NCBI GenBank assembly: GCA_001803205.1
Contig: MHBE01000031.1
Span: forward strand, 15,238-79,237
From: Lentisphaerae bacterium GWF2_38_69
Lineage (GTDB): Bacteria; Verrucomicrobiota; Lentisphaeria; Victivallales; GWF2-38-69
Reading direction: 5' to 3'
Length of the DNA: 64,000 bases
Shown here: positions 18,673-28,539 of the stretch, in pieces
Layout: each line of letters begins with the position of its first letter
Position numbering within the stretch: the first letter of the stretch is position 1
The notes under the pieces: generated by a model
Database searches by the model: none
Told to the model about the DNA's origin: nothing
Seen by the model: only the letters and a program-made list of their open reading frames with translations
Program-made: the position numbers and the translations under genes

Positions 18673-18983
18673 ATTCAAAACTCCTGATTTTTGGCAATAT
18701 GACACCATATATATATCATAAGTTTATATATGTAGTTTGAAAAACCCAATACCTGTTTGGTCGCTAAGTAAGAAAATGGTGCAAAAAAGTAGTCTGTGAT
18801 TTGTTAAAGTCTTGTCTTTAAAATGATAAAAGCAACGCTAAAGAATGATTAATTGCTTTACCTGCTCCAGTATATAAAAATGCAACTTTCATGCACTCAT
18901 ATTGCAATTTGAGACTCTTTACGATAAACTCGAATTGAATTCCTATAAAATTTCTTTAAACAATCAATCATAAACGAGGTAAA

Positions 18984-19391
18984 TTGCTTATGCCAAAAAT
19001 TGACCACATCGGCATAGCCGTAAAATCAATCAAAGAAGCTCTCAAGCTATATTCTGGACTGCTTGGTATTACGCCTGCAGGAGAGGAAACAATTGAAGCA
19101 AGGGGTCTAAGAGTCTGCTTTATAAATGTAGGAGATACCAGAATCGAACTTCTCCAGCCAACCAGAGAGGATTCAGAAGTTTCAAAGTTTCTGGAAACAA
19201 AAGGTGAAGGGATGCATCATATAGCTTATGCAGTTGAAAATATTCAGGAGTATATCGACAAAGCCAAAACTATAGGCCTTAAACCCCTTAGCGAGACGCC
19301 TAAACCCGGTGCTCACAATACGCTCGTAGTTTTTATGCATCCGAAAACAACTAACGGCGTATTAACTGAAATCTGCCAACATCAACACTAA
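18984..19391 (+). CDS. Methylmalonyl-CoA epimerase (VOC/glyoxalase fold)
   Basis: 135 aa with IDHIGIAV...IELLQP...GEGMHHIAY motifs. Directly precedes the carboxyltransferase. Confidence 0.8.
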   Translation: MLMPKIDHIGIAVKSIKEALKLYSGLLGITPAGEETIEARGLRVCFINVGDTRIELLQPTREDSEVSKFLETKGEGMHHIAYAVENIQEYIDKAKTIGLKPLSETPKPGAHNTLVVFMHPKTTNGVLTEICQHQH

Positions 19392-19410
19392 TTTTCAGGG
19401 AGATAAGAAA

Positions 19411-20970
19411 ATGTCAGAAGCTGAAAACATGATAAGCCTTACAGCCGAGCTAAAGGCAAAGAAAGAGAAACTGAGTCTGGGCGGCGGGCAAGCGGCAATA
19501 GACAAACAGCACGCTCAAGGTAAACTAACTGCCAGAGAAAGAATAAATCTCCTTGTAGATGAAGGGACTTTTGAGGAAGTAGATAAATTTGTCAGACACA
19601 GATGCGTTTATTTTGGTCAGGATAAAAAGGAAATACCTTACGATTCAGTGGTAACGGGTTTCGGTAAAATTCATGGAAAGAAAGTAGCAGTATTTTCTCA
19701 GGACTTTACAGTGCTTGGGGGATCCCTGGGAGAAATGCATGCAAAAAAAATTATGAAAATTCAGGATTTGGCAATGAGATACAGCATGCCCGTAATCGGA
19801 ATTAATGATTCGGGAGGCGCCAGAATCCAGGAAGGAGTCGATGCCTTATACGGTTACGGCGGAATATTCCTTAGAAACACCGCGGCTTCTGGAGTTATAC
19901 CACAAATATCAGTTATTGCAGGACCATGCGCTGGAGGGGCTGTTTACTCTCCTGCCATTACTGATTTTATAATAATGGTGGATGAACTTTCCCAGATGTT
20001 CATCACAGGACCGCTGGTTGTAAAGGCGGTTACTAATGAGGATATTGATAAGAACTCTCTTGGCGGGGCAATGGTACATAACAGCGTAAGCGGTGTGGCT
20101 CATTTCGCTGCTAAAAGCGACGAAGAAGCTCTCAATATTGTCAGAAAAATCTTATCCTATGTCCCATCGTCAAATCAAAGCAAACCTGATGACATGCCTT
20201 ATGATGTTAACTTCAAGGTAAGTGAAAAGATTTATAAGATTGTTCCATTGAATCCGAAGAAAGCGTACGATATGAGAGACATTCTGAATCTTGTTTTTGA
20301 TAAGGACAGCTTATTTGAAGTACAGCCCTTATTCGCTCAGAATATGATTACCGCTTTTGCCAGGATAAGCGGCAAAGCTGTAGGAATCATAGCCAATCAG
20401 CCAAATATTTTGGCAGGAGTGCTAGACATTGACGCTTCAGATAAATCATCGCGTTTCATAAGATTCTGCGATGCTTTTAATATTCCGATTATTACATTTG
20501 TTGATACCCCGGGATTCCTTCCAGGAGTAGGGCAGGAGCATGGCGGAGTCATCAGGCATGGAGCCAAGCTACTCTACGCTTATTCCGAAGCAACGGTACC
20601 GATGGTTTCAATCATCCTTAGAAAATCATACGGAGGCGCTTACATAGCAATGGCCTCTCAGCATCTTGGAGCTGATTTTGTTTACGCATGGCCTAATGCA
20701 GAGATAGCAGTAATGGGAGCAGATGGCGCTGCGAATATTATCTTTGCCAAGGATATTTCAACATCCGCAACTCCAGAAGAAACCAGACAAGCCAGGATAA
20801 AAGAATACAAGGACATGTTCAACAATCCTTACTGTGCGGCTTCAAGAGGATATATCGAAGGCGTGATCGATCCGAAAGAGACTCGCGATATTATTATTAC
20901 AGCGCTGGATATTTCCTCGACAAAGTGCGTTAGAAAGCCAGCTAGAAAACACGGCAATATACCTTTATAA
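19411..20970 (+). CDS. Methylmalonyl-CoA carboxyltransferase (12S) / propionyl-CoA carboxylase beta-type subunit
   Basis: 519 aa. Carboxyl_trans pattern (GGGQAAIDKQHAQGKLTARERI..., DSGGARIQEG, GPCAGGAVYSPA, FVDTPGFLPG, RKSYGGAY). Confidence 0.9.
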   Translation: MSEAENMISLTAELKAKKEKLSLGGGQAAIDKQHAQGKLTARERINLLVDEGTFEEVDKFVRHRCVYFGQDKKEIPYDSVVTGFGKIHGKKVAVFSQDFTVLGGSLGEMHAKKIMKIQDLAMRYSMPVIGINDSGGARIQEGVDALYGYGGIFLRNTAASGVIPQISVIAGPCAGGAVYSPAITDFIIMVDELSQMFITGPLVVKAVTNEDIDKNSLGGAMVHNSVSGVAHFAAKSDEEALNIVRKILSYVPSSNQSKPDDMPYDVNFKVSEKIYKIVPLNPKKAYDMRDILNLVFDKDSLFEVQPLFAQNMITAFARISGKAVGIIANQPNILAGVLDIDASDKSSRFIRFCDAFNIPIITFVDTPGFLPGVGQEHGGVIRHGAKLLYAYSEATVPMVSIILRKSYGGAYIAMASQHLGADFVYAWPNAEIAVMGADGAANIIFAKDISTSATPEETRQARIKEYKDMFNNPYCAASRGYIEGVIDPKETRDIIITALDISSTKCVRKPARKHGNIPL

Positions 20971-20982
20971 AGCAGGTGGGAT

Positions 20983-21144
20983 ATGTCAAAGTGTTGTTGT
21001 AACGATCAATCTGAGATTTCCAATGATGAGGCCGCTGTAATTTATACGGCCATATCTGCATTTCTCGGAAAAACCGACTTTAAAATAACTTCCATTGCTC
21101 ATCAGGGAAGCGACAAAAAGTCTGCGCTCCGGAAGTTAAATTAA
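20983..21144 (+). CDS. Unannotated 53-aa ORF; possible small subunit of the biotin-dependent carboxyltransferase/decarboxylase complex
   Basis: Below the ORF-track size cutoff. Sequence MSKCCCNDQSEISNDEAAVIYTAISAFLGKTDFKITSIAHQGSDKKSALRKLN. It fills the gap between the carboxyltransferase and biotin-carrier genes. The EAAVIYTAISAFL segment resembles the alanine-rich linker of OadG/MmdD-type small subunits, but there is no TM helix. Confidence 0.35.
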   Translation: MSKCCCNDQSEISNDEAAVIYTAISAFLGKTDFKITSIAHQGSDKKSALRKLN

Positions 21145-21165
21145 CTGATTTAAATTGAGGGGAAA

Positions 21166-21531
21166 ATGAAAAAAACTTTTAATGTCAAGGTCAATGATAA
21201 ATCATACTGCGTGGAAGTGGAAGAAACTTCCTGTGCATGTATTTCGCCGAGAGAGCTTCCTTCTGAGCTAGCAGCCAGAATAGCCCATATTTCAGCAAAA
21301 AAGGACACTTCCGGTTCTCTTTGCGTAAATGCTCCACTTCCTGGTTTGATTGTAGAAGTTTTAGTCAAGGAAGGGCAAAACGTAAAATCTGGAGATAAAT
21401 TGCTCGTCCTTGAAGCAATGAAGATGGAAAACTCTATCCTTGCTCCAATTACCGGCGTAATTGAAAAAATTCTTGTAAAAGAGGGCGAGTCTGTAAATGG
21501 CAAACATACAATGATTCAACTCAAACATTGA
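21166..21531 (+). CDS. Biotin carboxyl carrier protein (biotinyl domain)
   Basis: 121 aa with the biotinylation motif LEAMKMEN in a lipoyl/biotinyl fold. Confidence 0.85.
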   Translation: MKKTFNVKVNDKSYCVEVEETSCACISPRELPSELAARIAHISAKKDTSGSLCVNAPLPGLIVEVLVKEGQNVKSGDKLLVLEAMKMENSILAPITGVIEKILVKEGESVNGKHTMIQLKH

Positions 21532-21540
21532 TTTCTCTTA

Positions 21541-22053
21541 TTGATGTTTATTAAAAGATTTAAAAGAGAAATTAAACGCGCTTCTATAAAGCTCATAGGT
21601 TCGAAAGATTCTATTTACTCGTCTTCAATGGGGGTTGCCATCGGTTTGTTTTGTTCGGTGGCAGTCCCCTTTCTCCAGTTTGCTCTTGCCATCATAATTG
21701 CTTATTTCTTGAAGGCAAGCAAGACTCTAGCAGTGATTTTTACTTTTTTCTCAAATCCATATACGACTCCTTTTCTCTATGTCTCTGCATGTCTGCTTGG
21801 CGCTTCTATTTTGAGAGTAGATATTACAATTGTTGAAATAAAATCATCTTTCAAGGATATTTATTCCTCATTTAGTTTTGAAGCAATAAGTCATATCGGG
21901 TGGAAGCTTTTTATATCTTATATGGTAGGCGGACCGATCATTGGCGCTGCTTTAGGACTTGCAGGATATTTCTTGTCTGCTAAATTTATTATAGTTCATC
22001 AAAGGAACCGTATAGAGAAAAGAAAGAAGAGAGTATCTAAAAACCATATTTAA
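21541..22053 (+). CDS. DUF2062-like membrane protein
   Basis: 170 aa. Basic N-terminus, 3-4 TM helices and the FSNPYTTPF segment typical of DUF2062. Confidence 0.5.
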   Translation: MMFIKRFKREIKRASIKLIGSKDSIYSSSMGVAIGLFCSVAVPFLQFALAIIIAYFLKASKTLAVIFTFFSNPYTTPFLYVSACLLGASILRVDITIVEIKSSFKDIYSSFSFEAISHIGWKLFISYMVGGPIIGAALGLAGYFLSAKFIIVHQRNRIEKRKKRVSKNHI

Positions 22054-23475
22054 ATGGAGTGTGAAAACATGGCTGTTTTTATCAAGAATATCCAGACACT
22101 GGTTACTATGGACGAAAATTTTACAGTCCTATCTGGAGTAGATGTAAAAATAGAGGGTAACAAGATTGCTGAGATTGGGAAAAATCTGTCAATATCTGAA
22201 GCTGCAAAGATTATAGATGGAAGCAATAAGGTAGTCTATCCTGGTTTTATAAACACACACCATCATTTTTATCAGACGCTAACAAGAAATATTCCGGCCA
22301 TTCAGAGCGTTAAACTTTTCGACTGGCTGGTGCTCCTTTATGAAATATGGACTGAATTAAATGAAGAATTTGTGGAATTAAGCACTAAGATTGCAGTTGG
22401 AGAACTCCTTCTTTCAGGGTGCACTACTTCTACAGACCACTATTATGTTTTCCCCAAGGGAAAGCCCAATGAACTCCTTGATATAGAGATAGATATTGCA
22501 AGAAAAATGGGGATGAGGTTTTATCCTTGCAGAGGCAGCATGACCAGAGGTCGTTCAAATGGAGGGCTCCCGCCTGATACAGTTGTTCAGTCTCCTGAAG
22601 AGATAATGAAGGACTGTGACAGGATAATAAAAAAATATCACAGCACAGATCCTTTCGCAATGACCAGGATAATTCTGGCTCCATGCTCTCCTTTCTCTGT
22701 AACTACTGATATTCTCAAGGACACCTCAAAATATGCAAGAAATAAAGGCGTTATGATGCATACTCACCTTTGCGAGACAAAGGATGAAGAAGATTACTGC
22801 TTAAAAATGCATGGTAAACGCCCTCTGGAATACATGAATGGCTGCGGATGGTTGGGAAATGATGTTTTCTTTGCTCATGGAATTCATTTTAATGATGAAG
22901 AAATCAAAGTTCTTGCTAAAACTCAAACAGGTATAGCCCATTGCCCGGCTTCAAATATGCGATTAGGCTCTGGTATATGCAGAGTTCCTGATCTTCTTGA
23001 TGCAGGAGTCAAAGTCGGACTGGCCGTGGACGGGAGCGCAAGTAACGACGCAGGTAATTATGTCAGGGAAATCCAGCTTGCGTTGCTGATTAACAGAATA
23101 GGCTCATCTGAAGAACGCATGACCCCCCAGAAAGCTTTGTATATTGCAACAAATGGGGGAGCAAAAGTTTTCAATAATCAAAATATAGGTTCTATCAAGG
23201 TTGGTCAGGCTGCCGATTTGGCAATTTTCAATCTGGAAAGATTAGATTTTGCCGGAGCTATGTCAGATCCTATGTCGGCTATTGTATTTTGCGGGGCAGG
23301 CATGAGAACTGATTTTACTATTGTTAATGGCAAGGTGGTTGTTGAGAATGGCAGGCTCGTGGGAATTGATGAGAAAGAAATTTTCCATAGAGCAAATGCT
23401 TTTACAAAAAAGATACTTGAGAAGACTTCAGCCAGAACAAAAATCGATTACTACAAGTATAAATCCAACTTCTGA
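22054..23475 (+). CDS. Amidohydrolase-superfamily deaminase (8-oxoguanine deaminase / chlorohydrolase-like, COG0402)
   Basis: PGFINTHHHFYQT metal-binding HxH, GCTTSTDHYY, GGLPPD, APCSPFSV, HTHLCET, GIAHCPASNMRLGSG and AVDGSASND motifs. Confidence 0.7.
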   Translation: MECENMAVFIKNIQTLVTMDENFTVLSGVDVKIEGNKIAEIGKNLSISEAAKIIDGSNKVVYPGFINTHHHFYQTLTRNIPAIQSVKLFDWLVLLYEIWTELNEEFVELSTKIAVGELLLSGCTTSTDHYYVFPKGKPNELLDIEIDIARKMGMRFYPCRGSMTRGRSNGGLPPDTVVQSPEEIMKDCDRIIKKYHSTDPFAMTRIILAPCSPFSVTTDILKDTSKYARNKGVMMHTHLCETKDEEDYCLKMHGKRPLEYMNGCGWLGNDVFFAHGIHFNDEEIKVLAKTQTGIAHCPASNMRLGSGICRVPDLLDAGVKVGLAVDGSASNDAGNYVREIQLALLINRIGSSEERMTPQKALYIATNGGAKVFNNQNIGSIKVGQAADLAIFNLERLDFAGAMSDPMSAIVFCGAGMRTDFTIVNGKVVVENGRLVGIDEKEIFHRANAFTKKILEKTSARTKIDYYKYKSNF

Positions 23476-23478
23476 GAG

Positions 23479-25974
23479 TTATTGCTCGAAAGGAATTCCC
23501 AGCATTTTCGGCAAATTATGGGTTAGATTCCCGAGGCCTAGAAAGTATTCGTGCAGCTGTTTTCTGGTTCCACAGATATTTACAGCACCGATTAATTTTC
23601 CGTCTTCGGTGAGGTTATCCATTTTGCCTATTGCCATAAATCCGTGTCTTTGAATCTCCGTAGACGGACTTACAAACATCTCAGCATCTTTGAGAATCGT
23701 AATGCCGGCAGTTCCTATAACTTCCCCTATTGTTCCGGGGAATATCTTATTAAATATGTAGCTTATCGATGGATGCAATAAAGATACAAGTTCGAAGAAT
23801 TCATAAGTTTCGCTTTTGCCTATCCTTGTAAGGAAGAGTCTCCGGTTGAATTCATGCTGGAAGTTAAGGAATCCTTCAAAAGGATCTCGCCTGTTATAGA
23901 ACTTAACCGGCCTTATCGATAGAATTCCAAGGCTTCTTTCCTGAGGAAAGTCGTTGTATACGCTTGTATCAACAGGGAAAAGAAACTTTATATTTCTGAA
24001 GAATTTTCTCTGGCTGAGCCCCCAGATAATGAGACTTGCTACAGTAGCTTGCCCATGCATCTGGTTTACATATTTTTCATTAAGGAATTTTCTGAATTTA
24101 AGAAAGTTCTCAAAATCTATAAAAATTCTTGCTCGGAAAAGCATATTGCCGAAATAAATAATTTCAGGTTTGGAGGCTATAGAATGAAATGGCGGATAGA
24201 TTATTTTTCCTCTGTCTCCAAGTTCGGCTTTAAGAGAATGCATCATCTCCTGCATGGGCAGTCCGTCTACAGGCACATGATGATACTGTACCCAGATATC
24301 GCATTCAGAAAGGTCTTCCAGTAAACGGCATTTGATGTTCAGAAGTCCGAATCCAGGATGCTTAGAAAGCTTCGTGTTTGGAGTTTTTAATCTCTTTTTG
24401 AGTCTTTGATCTTTATCTGTTTCTCTTATGACTTCGAATGTGATAAAAGAAGCATTGACCAACCTCCTGATCAGAAGTTTCAATTCATGTCTTCCAGCAT
24501 GTGAGACTCTGATTTGTTTGGCAGAAAACTGAAGGCTTCTAAGGATAAACCATGCTTTAATGTGGTCTTTTTTTAACGCAGATTCATTATAGTTAAAGAA
24601 AATAATAAATCTTCTAAGTACTTTTTTGATAATTCTTTGATCCAGATGCGGGAAAGAGCGTCTCGTATTATCAAAATGAGGTATCAGCTTCCTTAGTTTG
24701 CCGTCCCCTGAAAATTCGGCCTCAACTATATCGGTAAAATAAGTCAGGTCTCTATGAGTTTTAAAAGGCGACCATCTGATTGACCAATGGGTTGCCGGGG
24801 TTTTGCTGAGAAAATCCAAAAGCCTTTTAATGATAATCGTTCGAGCCTCGGTTATAGTCTGAGGCTTGGGATAACCATCATAGTAGTTAAGCCTGAAGGT
24901 GGCCAGCATGAATTTTGATTGTTCATTTCTTAAAAAGGTACCGCATATTTTTCGCCATCCATCTTCTTTTACTTTAAATCCTATCTTACGCATAAACTGA
25001 AGCGTTTTAACTATTCCCATAAGAAGAACTGAACCAAATGACCATTTGTCAATGATTTTTCTCATCCTGATCTTATCATTGTTATGATAAAGGTGATGAA
25101 TAGCTTCTCTGTTTATATTTTCTGGATTAGAAGTGTCTTTCTTGTTTAAGGAGTTCAGGAATTCGATTATAATCTCAGCAGTCTTCTCCGGACACTCCTC
25201 CTGTGGCGAATGGCCGCATTTATCGATTATAAAAAGTTCACATTTCAGATCGTCTCTGAATAAATAGGCATCACTTAAGCTTATGACTTTATCATTATCT
25301 CCCCAGATGATAACAGAAGGTATCTTTATTTCCTGCAATTTTTTCCGGAAGGATTTTTCATTGGCTATGCCGATTTGCCTGGCTGCGGAAATAATACATT
25401 TTCTATAGTTTTCCGATTTCAGGTTTTCGCTATATACCCTGAGAGTTCTTTCGGATACCTTTTCTTTATCGCTGAATACCTGGTGAAGAACATGCAATGC
25501 CAGAGCTCTTGGGTCAGCTATTTTAAGAATAGGATTGTCAGGAGATAAAGAAGAAAGTTCATCAATAAAATCAGGTAATTTTTCGAAGAGTCCGGCGCTG
25601 TCTATGAGAATCAGAGCTGAAATTTTCTTTCTGAATTCCTCATCGAACAAACTTATAGCCGAGACAGCTCCCCCCATTGAGTGTCCGATAATGATAATGT
25701 TCTTAAGTTTCAGGAGTCTAATGAACTCTTTGATGATTATAGCCTGATCGAAAGGAGAGAGATTGTCATCACATATTTTTTCTGAATAGCCAAAGCTTTT
25801 AAGGTCAATTGTAATAAACCTGTAGTTTTGCGGCAATAGTGAAATAAGCTGCTGCCATGTATAAGAAAATGAGGCAAAACCATGAATGAAAAGAAGCGCC
25901 TTTCCGGAGCCTTTGTCCGTATAGGCGATCTTAATATCGTTTACAAGTATATATTTAAAGTCTTTTGAATTCAT
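23479..25974 (-). CDS. Fusion protein: N-terminal alpha/beta hydrolase + C-terminal HHxxxDG acyltransferase-like domain
   Basis: Start taken at MNSKDFKY (25974). N-terminal LFIHGF...IIIGHSMGG...CGHSPQEE hydrolase fold. About 300 aa further on lies VQYHHVPVDGLP, the HHxxxDG catalytic motif of CAT/WS-DGAT/condensation-type acyltransferases. Confidence 0.6.
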   Translation of the reverse strand: MNSKDFKYILVNDIKIAYTDKGSGKALLFIHGFASFSYTWQQLISLLPQNYRFITIDLKSFGYSEKICDDNLSPFDQAIIIKEFIRLLKLKNIIIIGHSMGGAVSAISLFDEEFRKKISALILIDSAGLFEKLPDFIDELSSLSPDNPILKIADPRALALHVLHQVFSDKEKVSERTLRVYSENLKSENYRKCIISAARQIGIANEKSFRKKLQEIKIPSVIIWGDNDKVISLSDAYLFRDDLKCELFIIDKCGHSPQEECPEKTAEIIIEFLNSLNKKDTSNPENINREAIHHLYHNNDKIRMRKIIDKWSFGSVLLMGIVKTLQFMRKIGFKVKEDGWRKICGTFLRNEQSKFMLATFRLNYYDGYPKPQTITEARTIIIKRLLDFLSKTPATHWSIRWSPFKTHRDLTYFTDIVEAEFSGDGKLRKLIPHFDNTRRSFPHLDQRIIKKVLRRFIIFFNYNESALKKDHIKAWFILRSLQFSAKQIRVSHAGRHELKLLIRRLVNASFITFEVIRETDKDQRLKKRLKTPNTKLSKHPGFGLLNIKCRLLEDLSECDIWVQYHHVPVDGLPMQEMMHSLKAELGDRGKIIYPPFHSIASKPEIIYFGNMLFRARIFIDFENFLKFRKFLNEKYVNQMHGQATVASLIIWGLSQRKFFRNIKFLFPVDTSVYNDFPQERSLGILSIRPVKFYNRRDPFEGFLNFQHEFNRRLFLTRIGKSETYEFFELVSLLHPSISYIFNKIFPGTIGEVIGTAGITILKDAEMFVSPSTEIQRHGFMAIGKMDNLTEDGKLIGAVNICGTRKQLHEYFLGLGNLTHNLPKMLGIPFEQ

Positions 25975-26018
25975 TGAAGTTATAAATATTATAACAAAGC
26001 AATGTAGATTCGGCAAAC

Positions 26019-26747
26019 TCAGGATAAATTTTTCTTAAGGAAATCCAATGAACAGTGCCAGCAGTCATTCCAGTCATCAGGGAGCATGAAGTGGTCTGAA
26101 AGTTTATATTCTTTGTACAAGAAACGGTCAGCGTAACTTTCATATCTTTTTTTCAGGATAGAATGAAGATGTCTGGTTTCCTTATTGGATATATATTGGT
26201 CTTTGCCTGCATTGACGGACAGGAGATTGTGTTTCGAGAAAGATTTAAGATAGTTGCCGCTTTCATACAGGCAGTATTTAGGTGTTCCGAGAATGGCAGC
26301 AGAACATTTGATTTTAGGATAAATGGAAAGAGCTTTATAAACAATAAAAGCTCCCATTGAGATACCCAGAATTCCAATCCTTCTGTTCTGTACGCCTAAG
26401 TTTTTATTTAAGAAATCAGTCAGAACAGGAAGTTCAAGAGCGGTAGCATTCACAGCCTTCAGCATATTTTTAAACATATCAGGATTATTATGATTAAAGA
26501 GATTTTCCAAATCAGGGTTCAGTCTTTCACCATGCCATACGCAGTCTATGCCTATAGCCAGCAATCCCGCTTCTGCAATACTTTTTAACTCTTTCTCATG
26601 AATTTCCTTTGAAGCAGATGAGCCGTGATACATTATGACTGCCCCCTTTGTTTTACCTCTTAAGACTGATTCTTTAGCGTAAAGCAGGGCAGGGATTTCT
26701 TCTATTCGTAACTTTTTAATTAGCATAGATACTATTCTCTGTATCAT
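26019..26747 (-). CDS. Alpha/beta hydrolase (dienelactone hydrolase / S9-like)
   Basis: 242 aa with nucleophile elbow LGISMGA, followed downstream by ...NAGKDQYI... and ...LSDHFM.... Confidence 0.65.
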   Translation of the reverse strand: MIQRIVSMLIKKLRIEEIPALLYAKESVLRGKTKGAVIMYHGSSASKEIHEKELKSIAEAGLLAIGIDCVWHGERLNPDLENLFNHNNPDMFKNMLKAVNATALELPVLTDFLNKNLGVQNRRIGILGISMGAFIVYKALSIYPKIKCSAAILGTPKYCLYESGNYLKSFSKHNLLSVNAGKDQYISNKETRHLHSILKKRYESYADRFLYKEYKLSDHFMLPDDWNDCWHCSLDFLKKNLS

Positions 26748-26855
26748 CGTTTAATAATCTCTAACTAATTTTAATCTTGTTCTCAAGTTTTAAAGACACA
26801 GAGCAATAGACGATATAATATATGAAATTGTTTAAATTTAAATCCTGAGGTAAAT

Positions 26856-28127
26856 ATGAGTAGAATAAAATCCGAAAAGATATTCAACAAAGCCCTAAAA
26901 TACCTGCCTGGAGGAGTCAATAGTCCTGTTCGTTCATTCAGGGAAATTGGCATATGTCCTCCAGTCATAGCCAGGGCTGAAGGAGCATATCTTTATGATG
27001 TTGACGATAATGCATATTTGGATTTCTGTAATTCATGGGGTGTCCATATCCTCGGTCATGGTTATCCTTCTGTACTTGAGACTGTAAAGCGTTCTTTAAA
27101 TGACGGTTTTTCTTATGGCGCGTGCTCAGAAATTGAAGTCAGGATGGCAGAAAGAGTAATTTCGAGTTTTCTTTCTATGGAAAAAGTAAGGTTCGTAAGC
27201 TCCGGGACTGAGGCTGTGATGAGCGCAATTAGATTAGCAAGAGCTTTTACTGGCAGAAAAAAGATTATTAAATTCGATGGATGCTATCATGGGCACTCGG
27301 ATTCTCTTCTTGTCAATGCAGGATCCGGTGTATCTCATTTGCCCCAATCCAGTTCTAAAGGAGTCCTTTCTGAATTTGTTGAGCATACCATAAGCCTACC
27401 CTTTAATGATGAGAGCGCAATCGGCGAAACTTTCAAACGCTATGGCAAGGATATTGCGGCTGTGATAGTCGAACCAATACCTGCCAATATGGGACTGATA
27501 CTCCCTGACGAAGATTTCCTGAGGTTTCTGAAACATTTAACAAAATCTAATAAGGCTTTACTAATATTAGATGAAGTTATTACCGGTTTCAGATTATGTA
27601 ACGGCGGAGTACAAAGTTTGTATAGAGTAAAACCGGACATTACTACTTTGGGTAAAATAATCGGCGGGGGATTTCCAGTAGGAGCTTTCGGTGCTAGAGC
27701 TGAGATTATGGACATGCTTGCACCTCTTGGCAGTGTCTATCAGGCAGGAACTCTTTCTGGCAATCCAATTGCTTTAGGAGCAGGATTGGCCGTACTGACA
27801 AAGTTGTCTGAATCCGGTTTTCATAATAATCTTAATGCCAAAGCTCTTAATTTTTATGAAAAACTTGAACCTGTACTCAAAAAACACGGTGCAAGTTTAG
27901 CTTACAGCGGTTCTATGTTCACAATATTCATGAGAGAAAATGCTCCGTCAAATTACTCTGAAGCTAAAACTTCTGACAGCAAGAAATTTGCTGATTTTTA
28001 TATCAAACTTCTCAACAAAGGCATTTATCTTTCACCTTCCCAATTTGAAACCAACTTTGTATCTGAAGTTATGACAGAAAAAGAATTAGATTCATTTATT
28101 GAAAAAGCCTCATCTATTAAAATATGA
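26856..28127 (+). CDS. hemL: Glutamate-1-semialdehyde 2,1-aminomutase
   Basis: 423 aa. YLPGGVNSPVRSF N-terminus, DEVITGFR, and PLP-lysine motif TTLGKIIGGGFPVGAFG. Confidence 0.92.
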   Translation: MSRIKSEKIFNKALKYLPGGVNSPVRSFREIGICPPVIARAEGAYLYDVDDNAYLDFCNSWGVHILGHGYPSVLETVKRSLNDGFSYGACSEIEVRMAERVISSFLSMEKVRFVSSGTEAVMSAIRLARAFTGRKKIIKFDGCYHGHSDSLLVNAGSGVSHLPQSSSKGVLSEFVEHTISLPFNDESAIGETFKRYGKDIAAVIVEPIPANMGLILPDEDFLRFLKHLTKSNKALLILDEVITGFRLCNGGVQSLYRVKPDITTLGKIIGGGFPVGAFGARAEIMDMLAPLGSVYQAGTLSGNPIALGAGLAVLTKLSESGFHNNLNAKALNFYEKLEPVLKKHGASLAYSGSMFTIFMRENAPSNYSEAKTSDSKKFADFYIKLLNKGIYLSPSQFETNFVSEVMTEKELDSFIEKASSIKI

Positions 28128-28539
28128 AGCTGATGAATATGTTTATTAATGCATGAATAAGGTTTACCCTGTTGCACGGATTAAGTAATTAAAATAAATC
28201 AATTACATGAACCAGAGAATTATATCCATCTTTTCTATAGGGAAAATCTTTATTTTCTCGACTTCGGCGTTGTTTTCAACCCAGAAATTGCATTTGAGTT
28301 TTGTATATCTTTGAATTTTTTGCAGTCAAATTTCATTAGTTTATCCCCTAATATAATATTATGTGAGATTTGGACTTTATTAAATCATAGCATAATTAAA
28401 CCCAAATAATAACTGATGTTTCTTTTGAGTTTCCACTCTTAGTCATTCATTGTTTAATGAACAAGAAATTAATTCTGTTAAAGATTTTGCTTTTTATTTT
28501 TAAAATTCCGAGTAAATATAAATTTCTTAAAGGAGAAAC

